Assembly (NCBI GenBank): GCA_030867685.1
Contig: JAQOWU010000008.1
Coordinates: 1,364,001 to 1,428,000, forward strand
Reading direction: 5' to 3'
Length of the DNA stretch: 64,000 nt
Source: Wickerhamiella versatilis
Lineage: Eukaryota
Below are positions 42,397 to 53,253 of the stretch, piece after piece. The notes beneath the pieces are model-generated. The model was not told where the DNA came from, did no database searches, and saw only the letters and a program-made list of their open reading frames with translations. A program made the position numbers and the translations under genes. Every line of letters begins with the position of its first letter. Position 1 is the first letter of the stretch.

Positions 42397-45249
42397 TTAA
42401 AACATCCCTTGAATTTTTCCTTCACTATCTATATCGATATTCATGTATCCTGGAAGCGTTGGAAGACCAGGTATGGTCATGATATCGGCGGCAATAGCAT
42501 ATAGATAACCAGCGCCTGTGCTGACCTTAATATCCTTAATTGGTACGGTGAAGCCAGTCGGCACACCTCGCAGGTTTGGATCATGACTTAAAGAATACTG
42601 AGTCTTGGCGATGCATACAGGAAGGTTCCCAAATCCTTGAGCCTCGTATTGATCAAGCCTTGAACGCGCCAGTGGGCTTAGCTCGACGCCAGCAGCTCCA
42701 TAGAGCCGGCAAGCAATTGCGTTAAGCTTTTCTCCCAATGACGAATCTAAAGCGTATACTGGCTTCAACGTCTTCTCGGATTCGTTATTAGATACACACT
42801 TGATAACTGATTTTGCAAGATCAATAGCACCTTTTCCACCTTCAGCCCAATGTCTGCAGACTACAGCATCATAGGCACCGGCATCCATCGCCGCCTTATG
42901 AATGACACTGTGCTCCCCTTCAGTATCGCCGTCTATGTGGTTTATAGCCACTATTACAGGTCGACCGAATAGTCGTGCGTTTTCAACCTGCTTTTGCAAA
43001 TTTGCGGCTCCCTTCTGTACAAAACCTATATTTTCTGTGGAGTATTCCTTCGGTAGTTTCATACCGGGTTTGACACTTGGGGCCCCTCCATGAAGCTTAA
43101 GGGCTCTGACAGTAGTGACTATCACCACAGCATCTGGAATGAGGCCAGACTCTCGGCATTTTATGTCGAAAAAACGCTCCCCACCCATGGTAAAGTCAAA
43201 ACCAGATTCCGTCACAACAAATCCTGGTTCAACGTTGGTGCTGTCAGTGCCCGCAATTTTCAGTGCGACTTTATCAGCGAGGATGGATGAGGCACCAATC
43301 GATATATTGGCAAAAGGGCCGGCATGGACAAGTACAGGGGTGCCTTCAAGAGACTGCATAAGGGTTGGTTTGATGGCTTCTTTCATTAACACCGCCATTG
43401 CACCAGCAACTCCGATATCTTCAGCAGTTATGGGTTCTCCTGTTGATGTTGATGCAACTGTAATATTGCCGAGGCGTCTCCTCATGTCCTGAAGACTTGT
43501 GGATAGAGCCAAAATAGCCATGCACTCGCTGGCAACACTAATATCAAAGCCTGTGTTTCTTGTCAATCCTTTTTCTTGGGGCCCGCAACCAATAACCACC
43601 CCACGAAGAAGGCGGTCATTGCAGTCGACAGTTCTCTTCCATATGATTGTATCCTCATCAAAGTCAAGCCGCACTAACTTTCGTTTCTGTTCTAGTGTGA
43701 GATTAGATGGGTCGCCGGTGAAACCGAGTTTATCAAACCTTTGCTGCATCACAGCATTTAATTTTCCACCCGGCACGAGCCTTTTGAACAATGCAGAATC
43801 ACTCTGCGTTTTCTCGTGAAAAATTCTTGTGTCAATAGCAGCAGCAAGCAGGTTATTTGCTGCTGTTACTGCATGGATATCTCCAGTTAAATGCAAGTTG
43901 AACTCCTCCATAGGAACAACTTGCGCATATCCTCCACCAGCAGCTCCTCCCTTGATTCCAAAAGTAGGCCCCATGGAAGGTTGGCGGAGATTTGCAAAGC
44001 TGAGTTTTTTCAGGTGGCCCAGTGCTTGTACCAGACCCATAGTAGTAGTAGACTTTCCCTCTCCCAGGGGCGTGGGAGTGATACCTGCAACAAGAATATA
44101 TTTGCCATCTTTACGATTTTTCAAGCGCTCGATGACAGAGAGGTCAATTTTCCCCTTATAGGAACCATATGGCTCAAACTCACCTGGATATAGTTTGAGG
44201 TCCTCAGCGATTTGTGTGATAGGCTTTGGAACCACACTGCGAGAAATTTCTATGTCGGAAGGTGTTGGAGTTTCAATCTTGATAGGATTCAAATTGACAT
44301 CACTCATAAAAGTCTGGGCTAACTGCCTTTCAGCTGCTTGTTTAACATTGACCATCAACATCGCTACCGTCATCGGACCAACTCCGCCAGGAACAGGTGT
44401 AAAATAGCTGCATTTTTCCGCAACGTCAGCCTGAACATCTCCAACAATTCGATAGCCACTCTTTCGACTTGGATCAGCGATATGATTTATACCAACATCA
44501 ATAACTATTGCGCCTGGTTTGACCCACTGTGATTTCACGAGTCCTGGTACTCCTGCAGCTGATATTATAACATCCGCCCGATTTACCATAGACTCCAAGT
44601 CAATAGTGTAGCGATGGCAGTGGATCACAGTAGCATCTAATTTGCGCAATAGATAAGCCACAGGATTTCCTACGATATCAGAACGGCCTATAACGCATGC
44701 AACTTTTCCTCTAAGGTCAATATCAGTTTCCTGTAAAAGCTTCAGGACGCCTGCTGCCGTACATGGGACAAATAGGGCGTGTCCGTCTCTTTTGGCCAGT
44801 TCACCAGTATTCCAAGAACTGAACCCATCAACATCCTTTTCTGTACTTACGAGGGATGTAACAAGGTGTTCATCGATATGTTTGGGAAGTGGTAGTTGAA
44901 TTAATATACCGTGCACGGAGGGGTCGATGTTCAGGCGGTTTACTGTATCAGCAATAGTTTGCTGAGCAGTATCTTCGGGGAATCGAAGGACATCTCCATC
45001 GATATCACTTTGTTGTGCAGCCTTTAATTTCGAATCGACGTAGGAGGTCGAATCTTTCCGACCTCCCACCTGGATAATGGTCAGTTTTGGAGTAAATGAG
45101 CTGCAGAGCTTAGTGCGGACAGCGCTGATTTCATGGCCTAACTCTTGACGGATGTTTTGAGCTATACGTTTGCCATCGAGTATATGCACCGACCGCTTGA
45201 AGCAGGTAGGGCTCCTTCGTGGTAAATACCAACGAAAAAAACTAAGCAT
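42397..45249 (-). CDS. MIS1: Trifunctional C1-tetrahydrofolate synthase with mitochondrial presequence (MIS1/ADE3 family)
   Basis: Dehydrogenase/cyclohydrolase (EKDVDG, TPVPGGVGPMTVAML) plus synthetase (ITPTPLGEGKSTTT, HAGPFANI). Arg-rich N-terminus MLSFFRWYLPRR. Confidence 0.93.
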   Translation of the reverse strand: MLSFFRWYLPRRSPTCFKRSVHILDGKRIAQNIRQELGHEISAVRTKLCSSFTPKLTIIQVGGRKDSTSYVDSKLKAAQQSDIDGDVLRFPEDTAQQTIADTVNRLNIDPSVHGILIQLPLPKHIDEHLVTSLVSTEKDVDGFSSWNTGELAKRDGHALFVPCTAAGVLKLLQETDIDLRGKVACVIGRSDIVGNPVAYLLRKLDATVIHCHRYTIDLESMVNRADVIISAAGVPGLVKSQWVKPGAIVIDVGINHIADPSRKSGYRIVGDVQADVAEKCSYFTPVPGGVGPMTVAMLMVNVKQAAERQLAQTFMSDVNLNPIKIETPTPSDIEISRSVVPKPITQIAEDLKLYPGEFEPYGSYKGKIDLSVIERLKNRKDGKYILVAGITPTPLGEGKSTTTMGLVQALGHLKKLSFANLRQPSMGPTFGIKGGAAGGGYAQVVPMEEFNLHLTGDIHAVTAANNLLAAAIDTRIFHEKTQSDSALFKRLVPGGKLNAVMQQRFDKLGFTGDPSNLTLEQKRKLVRLDFDEDTIIWKRTVDCNDRLLRGVVIGCGPQEKGLTRNTGFDISVASECMAILALSTSLQDMRRRLGNITVASTSTGEPITAEDIGVAGAMAVLMKEAIKPTLMQSLEGTPVLVHAGPFANISIGASSILADKVALKIAGTDSTNVEPGFVVTESGFDFTMGGERFFDIKCRESGLIPDAVVIVTTVRALKLHGGAPSVKPGMKLPKEYSTENIGFVQKGAANLQKQVENARLFGRPVIVAINHIDGDTEGEHSVIHKAAMDAGAYDAVVCRHWAEGGKGAIDLAKSVIKCVSNNESEKTLKPVYALDSSLGEKLNAIACRLYGAAGVELSPLARSRLDQYEAQGFGNLPVCIAKTQYSLSHDPNLRGVPTGFTVPIKDIKVSTGAGYLYAIAADIMTIPGLPTLPGYMNIDIDSEGKIQGMF

Positions 45250-45574
45250 ACCTGTAAGCGGTCATGAATGTTGACTTTAATGTGAATAGAAAACTGCGAG
45301 AAAAAAAAATGACCTACCAGTTTATAACTTTGCAATGGCTAATACTTTATACTATTTCCTTCAAAAATACTATCCTTTTACAGGAAAAAAAAATGTAATC
45401 GAAGGGCTAGATATTAGTTCTACCAACATATCCAAAAAAACAGTACAAGATCTCAGTGTAGGTAATAAATATTATCATGCTATACTATATCATTTCGTTG
45501 TTTGAAATCCTATTGTCATAATTTAAGCTGTTCTGAAGCTAGCCCATGTTGTTGATGACTACAGCTCTTTAGGA

Positions 45575-46096
45575 ATGAGGGAGACGCGAAACCAACTCCG
45601 TCGTCCCAAGTTTGGAGCTACCAAAGCCATTGAGCATAGTCCTAGGGATTATACTAAAGGTAAAGTGTTCCAAAATGAGGAGAAGCCTTCAGCAGGCTCT
45701 TATCGCCTGAGGTTTACCCCAACCAGTTCACCCGTCACTACGGGTAAACGAAAACGCTTTCGAAAAACAACTGAAGGAGTGGGGACAAGTGAAGTTGATA
45801 AAGATACAGATGCTGGTAATAATAGCTCGCATATCCCACCTGTGCGTGCGAGTCTTTCCGAGCTTGTTGGAACATCTGTTCTGGAATTGAAGGCAACGTG
45901 TGGTGAAAAAAATAATCCGCTGGAAATTGAAGCGAATAAAATAAAGAAGTGGAACAACCAGAGTGGATATTATATTGATGATGCTGGCACTACCTTCATT
46001 GTTTTAAATCCTAGACAGTTGTCTAGCTCTGGTGGGCAGTCATTAAATCATTACTGCGATAATATGCTTGTACTCGGTCCATCAGCGAGGCCTTGA
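45575..46096 (+). CDS. Hypothetical basic protein
   Basis: 173-aa ATG ORF between AT-rich spacers, with an NLS-like KRKRFRK. No recognisable domain. Confidence 0.5.
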   Translation: MRETRNQLRRPKFGATKAIEHSPRDYTKGKVFQNEEKPSAGSYRLRFTPTSSPVTTGKRKRFRKTTEGVGTSEVDKDTDAGNNSSHIPPVRASLSELVGTSVLELKATCGEKNNPLEIEANKIKKWNNQSGYYIDDAGTTFIVLNPRQLSSSGGQSLNHYCDNMLVLGPSARP

Positions 46097-46320
46097 TTCT
46101 CTTTTTAATTGTTTATTTATTTGCAAAATATGTGTTTTTTTGGCGCTGAATATAGAATCTGCAGAGAAAAGTGAGGCTTCATCACTTACACCGTAGCTGA
46201 TTCTTTAAGAAGGCTATAATAACGTATACCCGATAAATTTTCTACCTTATTTTTAATTTAATTATTTGCATCTTCTCTCATTTATTCCGGTTGCGACCGT
46301 GACCAACGGTTGTATATGTA

Positions 46321-47775
46321 ATGCGGCTAGCTATGAAAAGACCATGGTCGCTGGCGCTCCGTCATGTTAGCGGAGGACCGAGTACGAGGGGCACTAATAA
46401 CCCTAAATTTCAAGGACCTCGTACTCAGAAACGCGTAGTTTCTCCAGAATATGATTACAGTGTAGGTCCGACAACATATGTTTATACAGCAGATGAAAAT
46501 CAGGAGGCTCTTGATCGATATCCCTTGGTAAATGCACGGATATTGTCCCAAAGAAAGGATCGCCCGCGAAATGTTAAAATGCTGGCCCGTGAATTTATCG
46601 ATGACAGCATGTACAATTCTGCGTATGGGTACTTTGCACGATCTGCAGAAATCTTCACACCCTCTAACCCTTATGACTTCAATAAAATGCAGAATGCAGA
46701 TGAATTTCTTGACAAATGGGCTTCAGAGTATCAAAAACAAAAGTTTAAGCCCGGAAAGGCTAATGCTGGCCGAGCTTCGCGACAACTATGGCACACACCC
46801 AGTGAGCTTTTTCACCCATTTTACGGCCAGGCTTTAGCGAGGTATATGATTAGCCTCTTGAATCCTGGTGAAGATCTCGTTATATGGGAAACAGGTGCTG
46901 GAAATGGTACACTCATGATTGACATACTCAACTATGTGAAAGAAACATCTCCTGAAGTTTACAAGAGAACAAGCTATACAGTCATTGAAATAAGTTCCAG
47001 TCTTGCATTGAAACAGCGAGCAATCTCATTGGGTCACGGTGATAAGGTACGTGTGGTGAATCGGAGCATTTTAGATTGGAAAGAAAAAGACGAAAGACCT
47101 GGATTTTTCGTGGCACAGGAAGTTTTAGACAATCTTTCGCATGATGTATTTCGCTATGACAACCGCAACGAGCAGCCATTTCAGTCTCTAGTTGTTATCG
47201 ATGCTAATGGTGATATAACGGAACATTGCTCGAAAGAGCTTGACGAATGGGGAGAGAAGTCCCTGAAACTACGCGCAATGACTGGCTGGAAACCTCATGG
47301 AGGTCATCCTCTATCTAGATCTCGATTATTACGCCGGTTACGCAACTATATTATTCCCTTTCGAGGGGACTTGTCTGATGCAGACTACGTCCCAACCCGT
47401 TATATCCAGCTACTGCACGTTCTGAGGGACTACTTCCCGCGCCATCGTATATTAGCTGCAGATTTCACCACGTTCAATGAGCGTATCAGTGGATACAATG
47501 CGCCTGTAGTCCAAACGTTTATGGATGGATTTCCTGTCACAATATCTACATATTTGGCTTTGCAGGGATACTTTGACATAATGTTTCCAACTGACTTTCA
47601 ACTGGCATTATCTTTGCATAAATTGATTTGTGGAGACACCGCTGCACCCGCTGCGATAACCGGACATGGTGAATTTCTGGCAAAATATGCTGTCCCAGGC
47701 ACAACTGAAACAAAAACAGGTGAGGATCCAATGCTGTCATTTTACCGTAACGCGGCGTTCCTTCATGCAGTATGA
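46321..47775 (+). CDS. Second NDUFAF7-family methyltransferase (YKL162C-like)
   Basis: KMLAREFIDDSMYN..YGYF, LWHTPSELF.PFYGQALA, ETGAGNGT, EVLDNLSHD and GYFDIMFPTDF. Confidence 0.85.
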   Translation: MRLAMKRPWSLALRHVSGGPSTRGTNNPKFQGPRTQKRVVSPEYDYSVGPTTYVYTADENQEALDRYPLVNARILSQRKDRPRNVKMLAREFIDDSMYNSAYGYFARSAEIFTPSNPYDFNKMQNADEFLDKWASEYQKQKFKPGKANAGRASRQLWHTPSELFHPFYGQALARYMISLLNPGEDLVIWETGAGNGTLMIDILNYVKETSPEVYKRTSYTVIEISSSLALKQRAISLGHGDKVRVVNRSILDWKEKDERPGFFVAQEVLDNLSHDVFRYDNRNEQPFQSLVVIDANGDITEHCSKELDEWGEKSLKLRAMTGWKPHGGHPLSRSRLLRRLRNYIIPFRGDLSDADYVPTRYIQLLHVLRDYFPRHRILAADFTTFNERISGYNAPVVQTFMDGFPVTISTYLALQGYFDIMFPTDFQLALSLHKLICGDTAAPAAITGHGEFLAKYAVPGTTETKTGEDPMLSFYRNAAFLHAV

Positions 47776-48015
47776 GATAAGTACGGTCACGAAGAACAGG
47801 AGTACATGTCTACTGATATTGGTACAGATTTTTTAGCATTTCTTAAGATGACAATCATATTATCGAAGGGTATTCCTTGAAAAATATACTTACAGTGTGG
47901 AGATCGAAGCTTAAAGGAGTAATGCGGACTTGCTCATGATATTAACCCTAATCTACGTTTCCCAATTAATATATACGAACGATAGATAGTAGTAATCATA
48001 GATTGGTGAGCAATC

Positions 48016-50193
48016 ATGAAAGGACTGTCGGAAGCTGAAGAGGGTATTCGCGAAAGAAAGCGGCCATCACTACTCACTCGCCTGGGTGTAACCATGCTTC
48101 TGTCGTTTGGAATCTTGTATGCTTTATTGAAACTGGTTGTAAGAAGCGATCTTGTATCGCAACAGCTCACGCTTTCTCCTGAATTCTCTGAAGAACAGCT
48201 GAGAAATGCAATTCTGGAAAGTGTACAACCCTCATCTATTGATCGATTTGCGAAGCACTATATGACTAGCGGTCCACATTTGCTCGGCCAGAGTGAAGCA
48301 CTCGCAAATTGGACCGCAGATAAATTCACTGAATTCGGGTTTCCAGAAGTCAGTATTGAAACCTATGATGTATATGCAAACTATCCTGTTTCACATTCGG
48401 TATCTATTGATGGAAAAAAGCTGAGCTTGAAGGAAGACAAGCTCGACGAGGACGAGACTACAAGGCGAAACGATAGTATACCTACTTTCCACGGATACAG
48501 CGCATCTGGTACCGCTGAGGGTGAAGTTATTTACGCCAATTACGGTAGAAAGTCGGATTATGATCGTCTCGTGGCTAATGGGGTTAATTTAACCAACAAA
48601 ATAGTAATCTGTCGTTACGGAGGCATCTTCCGCGGATTGAAGGTCAAGTTTGCAGAGGAGCTCGGGGCTAAAGGTGTCCTGATATATTCAGACCCTGGCG
48701 ATGATGGTGAGGTCACAGAAAAGAATGGCTACAAACCATATCCTGAGGGACCTGCGCGAAATCCAAGTAGTGTTCAGCGAGGTTCTGTACAGGATCTTTC
48801 CCATGCCCCAGGTGACCCTACTACTCCTGGGTATCCGAGCATCCCTGGCGATCCCCATGAGGATCCCAGAGGAATCCCTTCGATACCATCCATACCACTA
48901 TCTTATGTAGATGCGCTTCCAATTTTGAAGTCTCTTAAGGGACGTGGTATTCAATTTAGTGACTGGGTTGGTGGACTTGATGGCGTGGATTACAGTGTGG
49001 GTCCTTCTAAAGCTGTATGCAAGATGACGAACGAGCAGGATTATGGTTTACGCCCAAATCGGAATGTTATCGCAGTGCTTCCTGGTGAGTCAAGTTCTAA
49101 GGTTATCCTTGGAAACCATAGGGATGCGTGGATAGTTGGGGGTGCTGATCCAAATTCTGGATCCGCTAGTTTTCTTGAGGTCGCTAGAGCTCTTGGTAAT
49201 CTATACACTCAAGGCTGGCGGCCGAAGCGAACACTTGTTTTTGCATCCTGGGATGGTGAGGAATATGGACTAGTTGGATCCACAGAACATGGTGAGGATC
49301 ATGCCGAGGAGTTGAAGGCTAGTGCTTATGCTTATCTTAACTGTGACGTCTCATGTAGCGGTCCATCATTTAAGGCGGAAGCAAATCCTCTACTTGAGAA
49401 GGCTTTGAAATACGCCTTGAAGTATACCCCTGCACCGCGTGAGCCTGGTAAAGTTATGGAGGATATCCACAGTGGACATTATTCTCCTCTTGGATCTGGT
49501 TCTGACTACACTGTATTCCAAGATCATCTTGGTGTTGCCAGCGTGGACTTCGGCTTCAGTCCCAATTCCACTTCACCGGTTTACCACTATCACTCGAACT
49601 TTGACAGCTACAATTGGATGGTAAAATTTGGAGATCCAGGTTTCGATACTCACGCTGCGGCATCTAAGATCCATGCACTGATGACAGTCTTCCTCTCGGA
49701 ATCCCAGGTCATACCTCTAGACCCAGTGGCATCAGCGAAATTTCTTCGCAAGGCACTCAAACCGCTTCTCAAGGAGAGCTTCCAGATTCCAGGTATTTCC
49801 CATCCTATTCTGAAACATCTTTTAAAGTCGAGTGGGAAGCTTGAAGGCTTGGCACACAGGTTTGAGCGAATCCGGAAGGGCTATGAGTCGGCATTAGACC
49901 GCGAATGGCATTGGTGGGAGATTCCACGCAAGCGCTGGCTAGAAAAGCAGCTGAAAAATATAGATGAACGCCTCAGAATATATGACCAGTGCTTCATATA
50001 TTCTGATGGTCTGGAAGATAGACCGTGGTTCAAACATATCATTTTCGCTCCGGGACGCTACACTGGTTACGCTGGACAGGTTTTCCCAGGTATTGCTGAA
50101 TCTCTAGAAGATAGTGACGGGGAAAGACTTGAAAAATGGCTAAATGTCACCAGCACAGCCATTGATGATGCCATAACTGTTCTTAAAATTTGA
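48016..50193 (+). CDS. VPS70: Type II membrane M28 peptidase / transferrin-receptor-like protein (Vps70-like)
   Basis: N-terminal TM, PA domain (RYGGIFRGLKV), GNHRDAW, GADPNSGS, SWDGEEYGLVGSTE, YHYHSNFD and RPWFKHIIFAPG. Confidence 0.85.
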   Translation: MKGLSEAEEGIRERKRPSLLTRLGVTMLLSFGILYALLKLVVRSDLVSQQLTLSPEFSEEQLRNAILESVQPSSIDRFAKHYMTSGPHLLGQSEALANWTADKFTEFGFPEVSIETYDVYANYPVSHSVSIDGKKLSLKEDKLDEDETTRRNDSIPTFHGYSASGTAEGEVIYANYGRKSDYDRLVANGVNLTNKIVICRYGGIFRGLKVKFAEELGAKGVLIYSDPGDDGEVTEKNGYKPYPEGPARNPSSVQRGSVQDLSHAPGDPTTPGYPSIPGDPHEDPRGIPSIPSIPLSYVDALPILKSLKGRGIQFSDWVGGLDGVDYSVGPSKAVCKMTNEQDYGLRPNRNVIAVLPGESSSKVILGNHRDAWIVGGADPNSGSASFLEVARALGNLYTQGWRPKRTLVFASWDGEEYGLVGSTEHGEDHAEELKASAYAYLNCDVSCSGPSFKAEANPLLEKALKYALKYTPAPREPGKVMEDIHSGHYSPLGSGSDYTVFQDHLGVASVDFGFSPNSTSPVYHYHSNFDSYNWMVKFGDPGFDTHAAASKIHALMTVFLSESQVIPLDPVASAKFLRKALKPLLKESFQIPGISHPILKHLLKSSGKLEGLAHRFERIRKGYESALDREWHWWEIPRKRWLEKQLKNIDERLRIYDQCFIYSDGLEDRPWFKHIIFAPGRYTGYAGQVFPGIAESLEDSDGERLEKWLNVTSTAIDDAITVLKI

Positions 50194-50411
50194 ATTGGAA
50201 TATGTTTTCATCCTTAATCGTTAAGAATTATGTTAGCAGTAGTTATTATACAAATTATCCTGAAATCCTCTATGCAACAGAACTGAGACTGTGATGTGTT
50301 TTATCTCATACAATTTACACAGAATTTTAATCGGTAAATAATCTTCATGCCGTGAGATCCAGATCCAATTCTAGTTAAATATTCACCATGGATGAGTATT
50401 GATTATCTAAT

Positions 50412-50627
50412 ATGCCGCAATACGAATTTGGAGTGGAGATGTCATGTGAGGGCTGCACGAATGCAGTGAATCGCGTCTTAGGCCGACTTGATGGAGTGAA
50501 TGAGAAAAATGTATCCCTCTCTGATCAAAAGGTTCTAGTTGACGCTGATCCGAGTCTCACGTTGACCCAGGTGCATGATGCTATTGCGAAGACGGGAAAG
50601 AAGATCTTTTACGAGACTGTCCACTAA
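50412..50627 (+). CDS. ATX1: Copper chaperone Atx1
   Basis: HMA domain with MSCEGC and the C-terminal KTGK. Confidence 0.93.
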   Translation: MPQYEFGVEMSCEGCTNAVNRVLGRLDGVNEKNVSLSDQKVLVDADPSLTLTQVHDAIAKTGKKIFYETVH

Positions 50628-50754
50628 ATACAATTCACCCTTTCATCATCATTTACACTAGAAACTAGTCGACTTCATTAGATCAACGGATTTGGAGGAA
50701 TTATGTAGACAGGCCTAACTAAATTTGCATGAATAAAAAAACAATAACCGCATA

Positions 50755-52566
50755 CTATTCTCCTAGGTCGAGATCCCAGACCCAGTCATTAATGTTTGAC
50801 TCTACGCGTTCGGTAATCTCTTCGCCGCGTCCCGACGCCACACGAAGAACTAACTCGTTTAACTCTGTACGACCCAAGATGTCAACATGCTCTGCTGTAC
50901 GGGCACCCCCACGGAGATCCAATTGATCAGGTTGATGAAGCATCTCAACAACTTTGACCTCAGCTCCACCAGGATTTAATTTTGATCCCTCATCCTTCCA
51001 GCGATGGCACATTGCATGGGATCCAAGAGTGATAGTTCCATCACCAGGACCCACTATCACTGAAAGCCGATTTTCGTAGTCAATTGTTGCATTCAAGGGA
51101 TTTGAGGGATCATCTGTAGTATCCTTATAAAAATAGCCCCTCTCGGTATCTTTACCGACCCCATAAAAGCAATATATCTTTAGATCAGGAGCATTGGGAA
51201 GTGCTGCCTCCAGAGGGTTCGACCAGGTCGCAGGATTTTTGTTATTTGCCTCCACCTCAGCTCTCGTCTTTGCCAAACCATATGAGTACATCGAATCCAT
51301 CCTATCCGAGAACCAGTCCGGGGTCTGGTTACGAAGAAGATCCAAGGCACCCTCCATAGTCAGATTTTGTGAGCTAAGCGGAGTTTTCGTCTCTGCAAAT
51401 CGGATAAAATTACCATATGTTTCATTGGTTCTATCATCAGGAGCACCATTCATATCGCCCCAGATAGTTGCGCCGCCCTTCGGGATCATAGATGCTATAC
51501 CTGGCATAGCTCTCAACATTTCAGCCCTTTCGTGCCTTGCAAAGAAGCGCTCAAGTCCTTGAACGGCCAGAGCATTTAACTGCACAGTGTCACGCATCTC
51601 ACCGCTGAGAAGGGCTGGTACTGCTTTGACCGCACCAAGCATCGATCCAGAGATATCAACATACGCCTCGACGTGGTCGTTGACCCAAGATGAGCCGCCA
51701 TCACCATATCCACTGGACTCAACCCATTTAAAGAAATAGAAAATGACCTGGGATCCCATGGAATGACCTGTGAGAACCACTTTTTCCCCCATGGTCTTAT
51801 GCATAAGTTCAATTTGCGATTTCAAGCGAGAAAAAAATGAGTCGCGTCTCTCGAGATCAGGATAGCCAAGTCTCCAATCATAAGAGGCTATTGCCATAGT
51901 ATCGGTATCATATCCCATCGCACTAAGGTTTTCAATGATTTTATTCCAGATCCAGTATCCAGTTATGAAGAAGTCAGCAGATTCAATTCCCTGTGATGCA
52001 CGCACCTTAAAATTAGGCGGATCCAAGCCTGTCTTTTTGTCAAGCATAATATGCTGAAGCCAGCAGCTCTTATCCAGCAGCATGGTTCTGATCATGTACC
52101 AGCCGCCCCATAGCCTATTACGGAAATGTGGCTTTGAGGGACATTCTGCCGTACCATTCAAGCCCCAGCTCTCTAGTGAAGTCGAAATCACACCAGGAAC
52201 AAGTATCACGGGATGTTTAGGTTTATAACCCTCATCATTCATATGATAACCAACAGCAAAAGAATCGCTTAGCTTTACGGCCTCAGTTTGGCTTTCCTCC
52301 AATTGTTGGAGAAGAGGAGTCGGTAATATGTCTCCATGACTGCGCAGCCACTGCAAAGACGCGTCCGCAAGCTCGCTGGCCACATGAGGCCTGGCGTAAT
52401 GGTGTGCCGCCCCTAAAGCGACTATCGCACCAAGAAGTGCCCAAAGTAGCTTAGTACCACTGCTTCTCCCATCGTTACTGTGAATATGCTCTTTAGATGT
52501 ATGGCTTCTTCTCTTTTGCGAAGACACTGAGCTTTTTCTTTCCGTCTTAGCCTTCCGAACCGCCAT
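50755..52566 (-). CDS. LRO1: Phospholipid:diacylglycerol acyltransferase
   Basis: N-terminal TM, HPVILVPGVIST.LESW, YDWRL, GHSMGS nucleophile, GDGTI and AEHVDILG. Confidence 0.95.
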   Translation of the reverse strand: MAVRKAKTERKSSVSSQKRRSHTSKEHIHSNDGRSSGTKLLWALLGAIVALGAAHHYARPHVASELADASLQWLRSHGDILPTPLLQQLEESQTEAVKLSDSFAVGYHMNDEGYKPKHPVILVPGVISTSLESWGLNGTAECPSKPHFRNRLWGGWYMIRTMLLDKSCWLQHIMLDKKTGLDPPNFKVRASQGIESADFFITGYWIWNKIIENLSAMGYDTDTMAIASYDWRLGYPDLERRDSFFSRLKSQIELMHKTMGEKVVLTGHSMGSQVIFYFFKWVESSGYGDGGSSWVNDHVEAYVDISGSMLGAVKAVPALLSGEMRDTVQLNALAVQGLERFFARHERAEMLRAMPGIASMIPKGGATIWGDMNGAPDDRTNETYGNFIRFAETKTPLSSQNLTMEGALDLLRNQTPDWFSDRMDSMYSYGLAKTRAEVEANNKNPATWSNPLEAALPNAPDLKIYCFYGVGKDTERGYFYKDTTDDPSNPLNATIDYENRLSVIVGPGDGTITLGSHAMCHRWKDEGSKLNPGGAEVKVVEMLHQPDQLDLRGGARTAEHVDILGRTELNELVLRVASGRGEEITERVESNINDWVWDLDLGE

Positions 52567-52878
52567 ATGGGTTTAGGGTTCTGGTGTGTCTTTTCGGATG
52601 TTTTTAACTGTGAACTTACTGGGCTATGCACGTAGATCAGGCTAAAAAATGGGATTCTAAATGAATTGTTACATCAATTGTCAGCGTACCTCGATAATCT
52701 TCAAACATACACACATACATAGGATTGAAGTAGACCTAGTTATTGAATACTGCTGTTATGTCAAAATTTTTGTGATCAGTCGTAAAGCAACTTAAGATGA
52801 AGAGGCCATGGTATCATCCATTTCTCAGAGACATTTATTAATTTGCTGCATAAAAAACATGAAAAAAAAAGAAGAACG

Positions 52879-52973
52879 AGCCCTACGTGGGGGTCGAACC
52901 CACAACCTTGTGATGACTATTAGTACGTAGTACGCTTAAGAGTCACACGCTCTGCCGATTGAGCTAGCAAGGC
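52879..52973 (-). tRNA. tRNA-Lys(CUU) with a 22-nt intron (52915-52936)
   Basis: GCCTTGC/GTAGGGC acceptor stem, D-arm AGCTCAATCGGCAGAGC, TGTGA/TCACA anticodon stem around CTT, intron after position 37, GGTTCGACCC T-arm and a downstream oligo-T Pol III terminator (52862-52870). Confidence 0.95.
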
Positions 52974-53253
52974 TTCTATCTGACATTTGGTGTGATGAAA
53001 GCACCTATATAGGAAATAACGAACAGTCTTCGAACATACATTAGTAGCTACTCGAAGCTATACTTGACAAATCCTGCACAGAACAAATAATTGGGCATAA
53101 TCAACTTCAAAATTCCTTTACTAAACTTGATTCTACTTTACGATTGAAAAGATTCCAATATATAGGATAGAAAAAAATACAAAAAACTTTTCTTTCAGTA
53201 ACTTAGATATAGGCATCGCTATTAATTGTGCGAGAATACTTTATAGGTGCAAC

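Noticed and set aside
18308-50627. Possible metal-homeostasis cluster (HapX, CTR, HEM14, ATX1)
   Set aside because: The genes are spread over 32 kb among many unrelated genes, which is compatible with chance.
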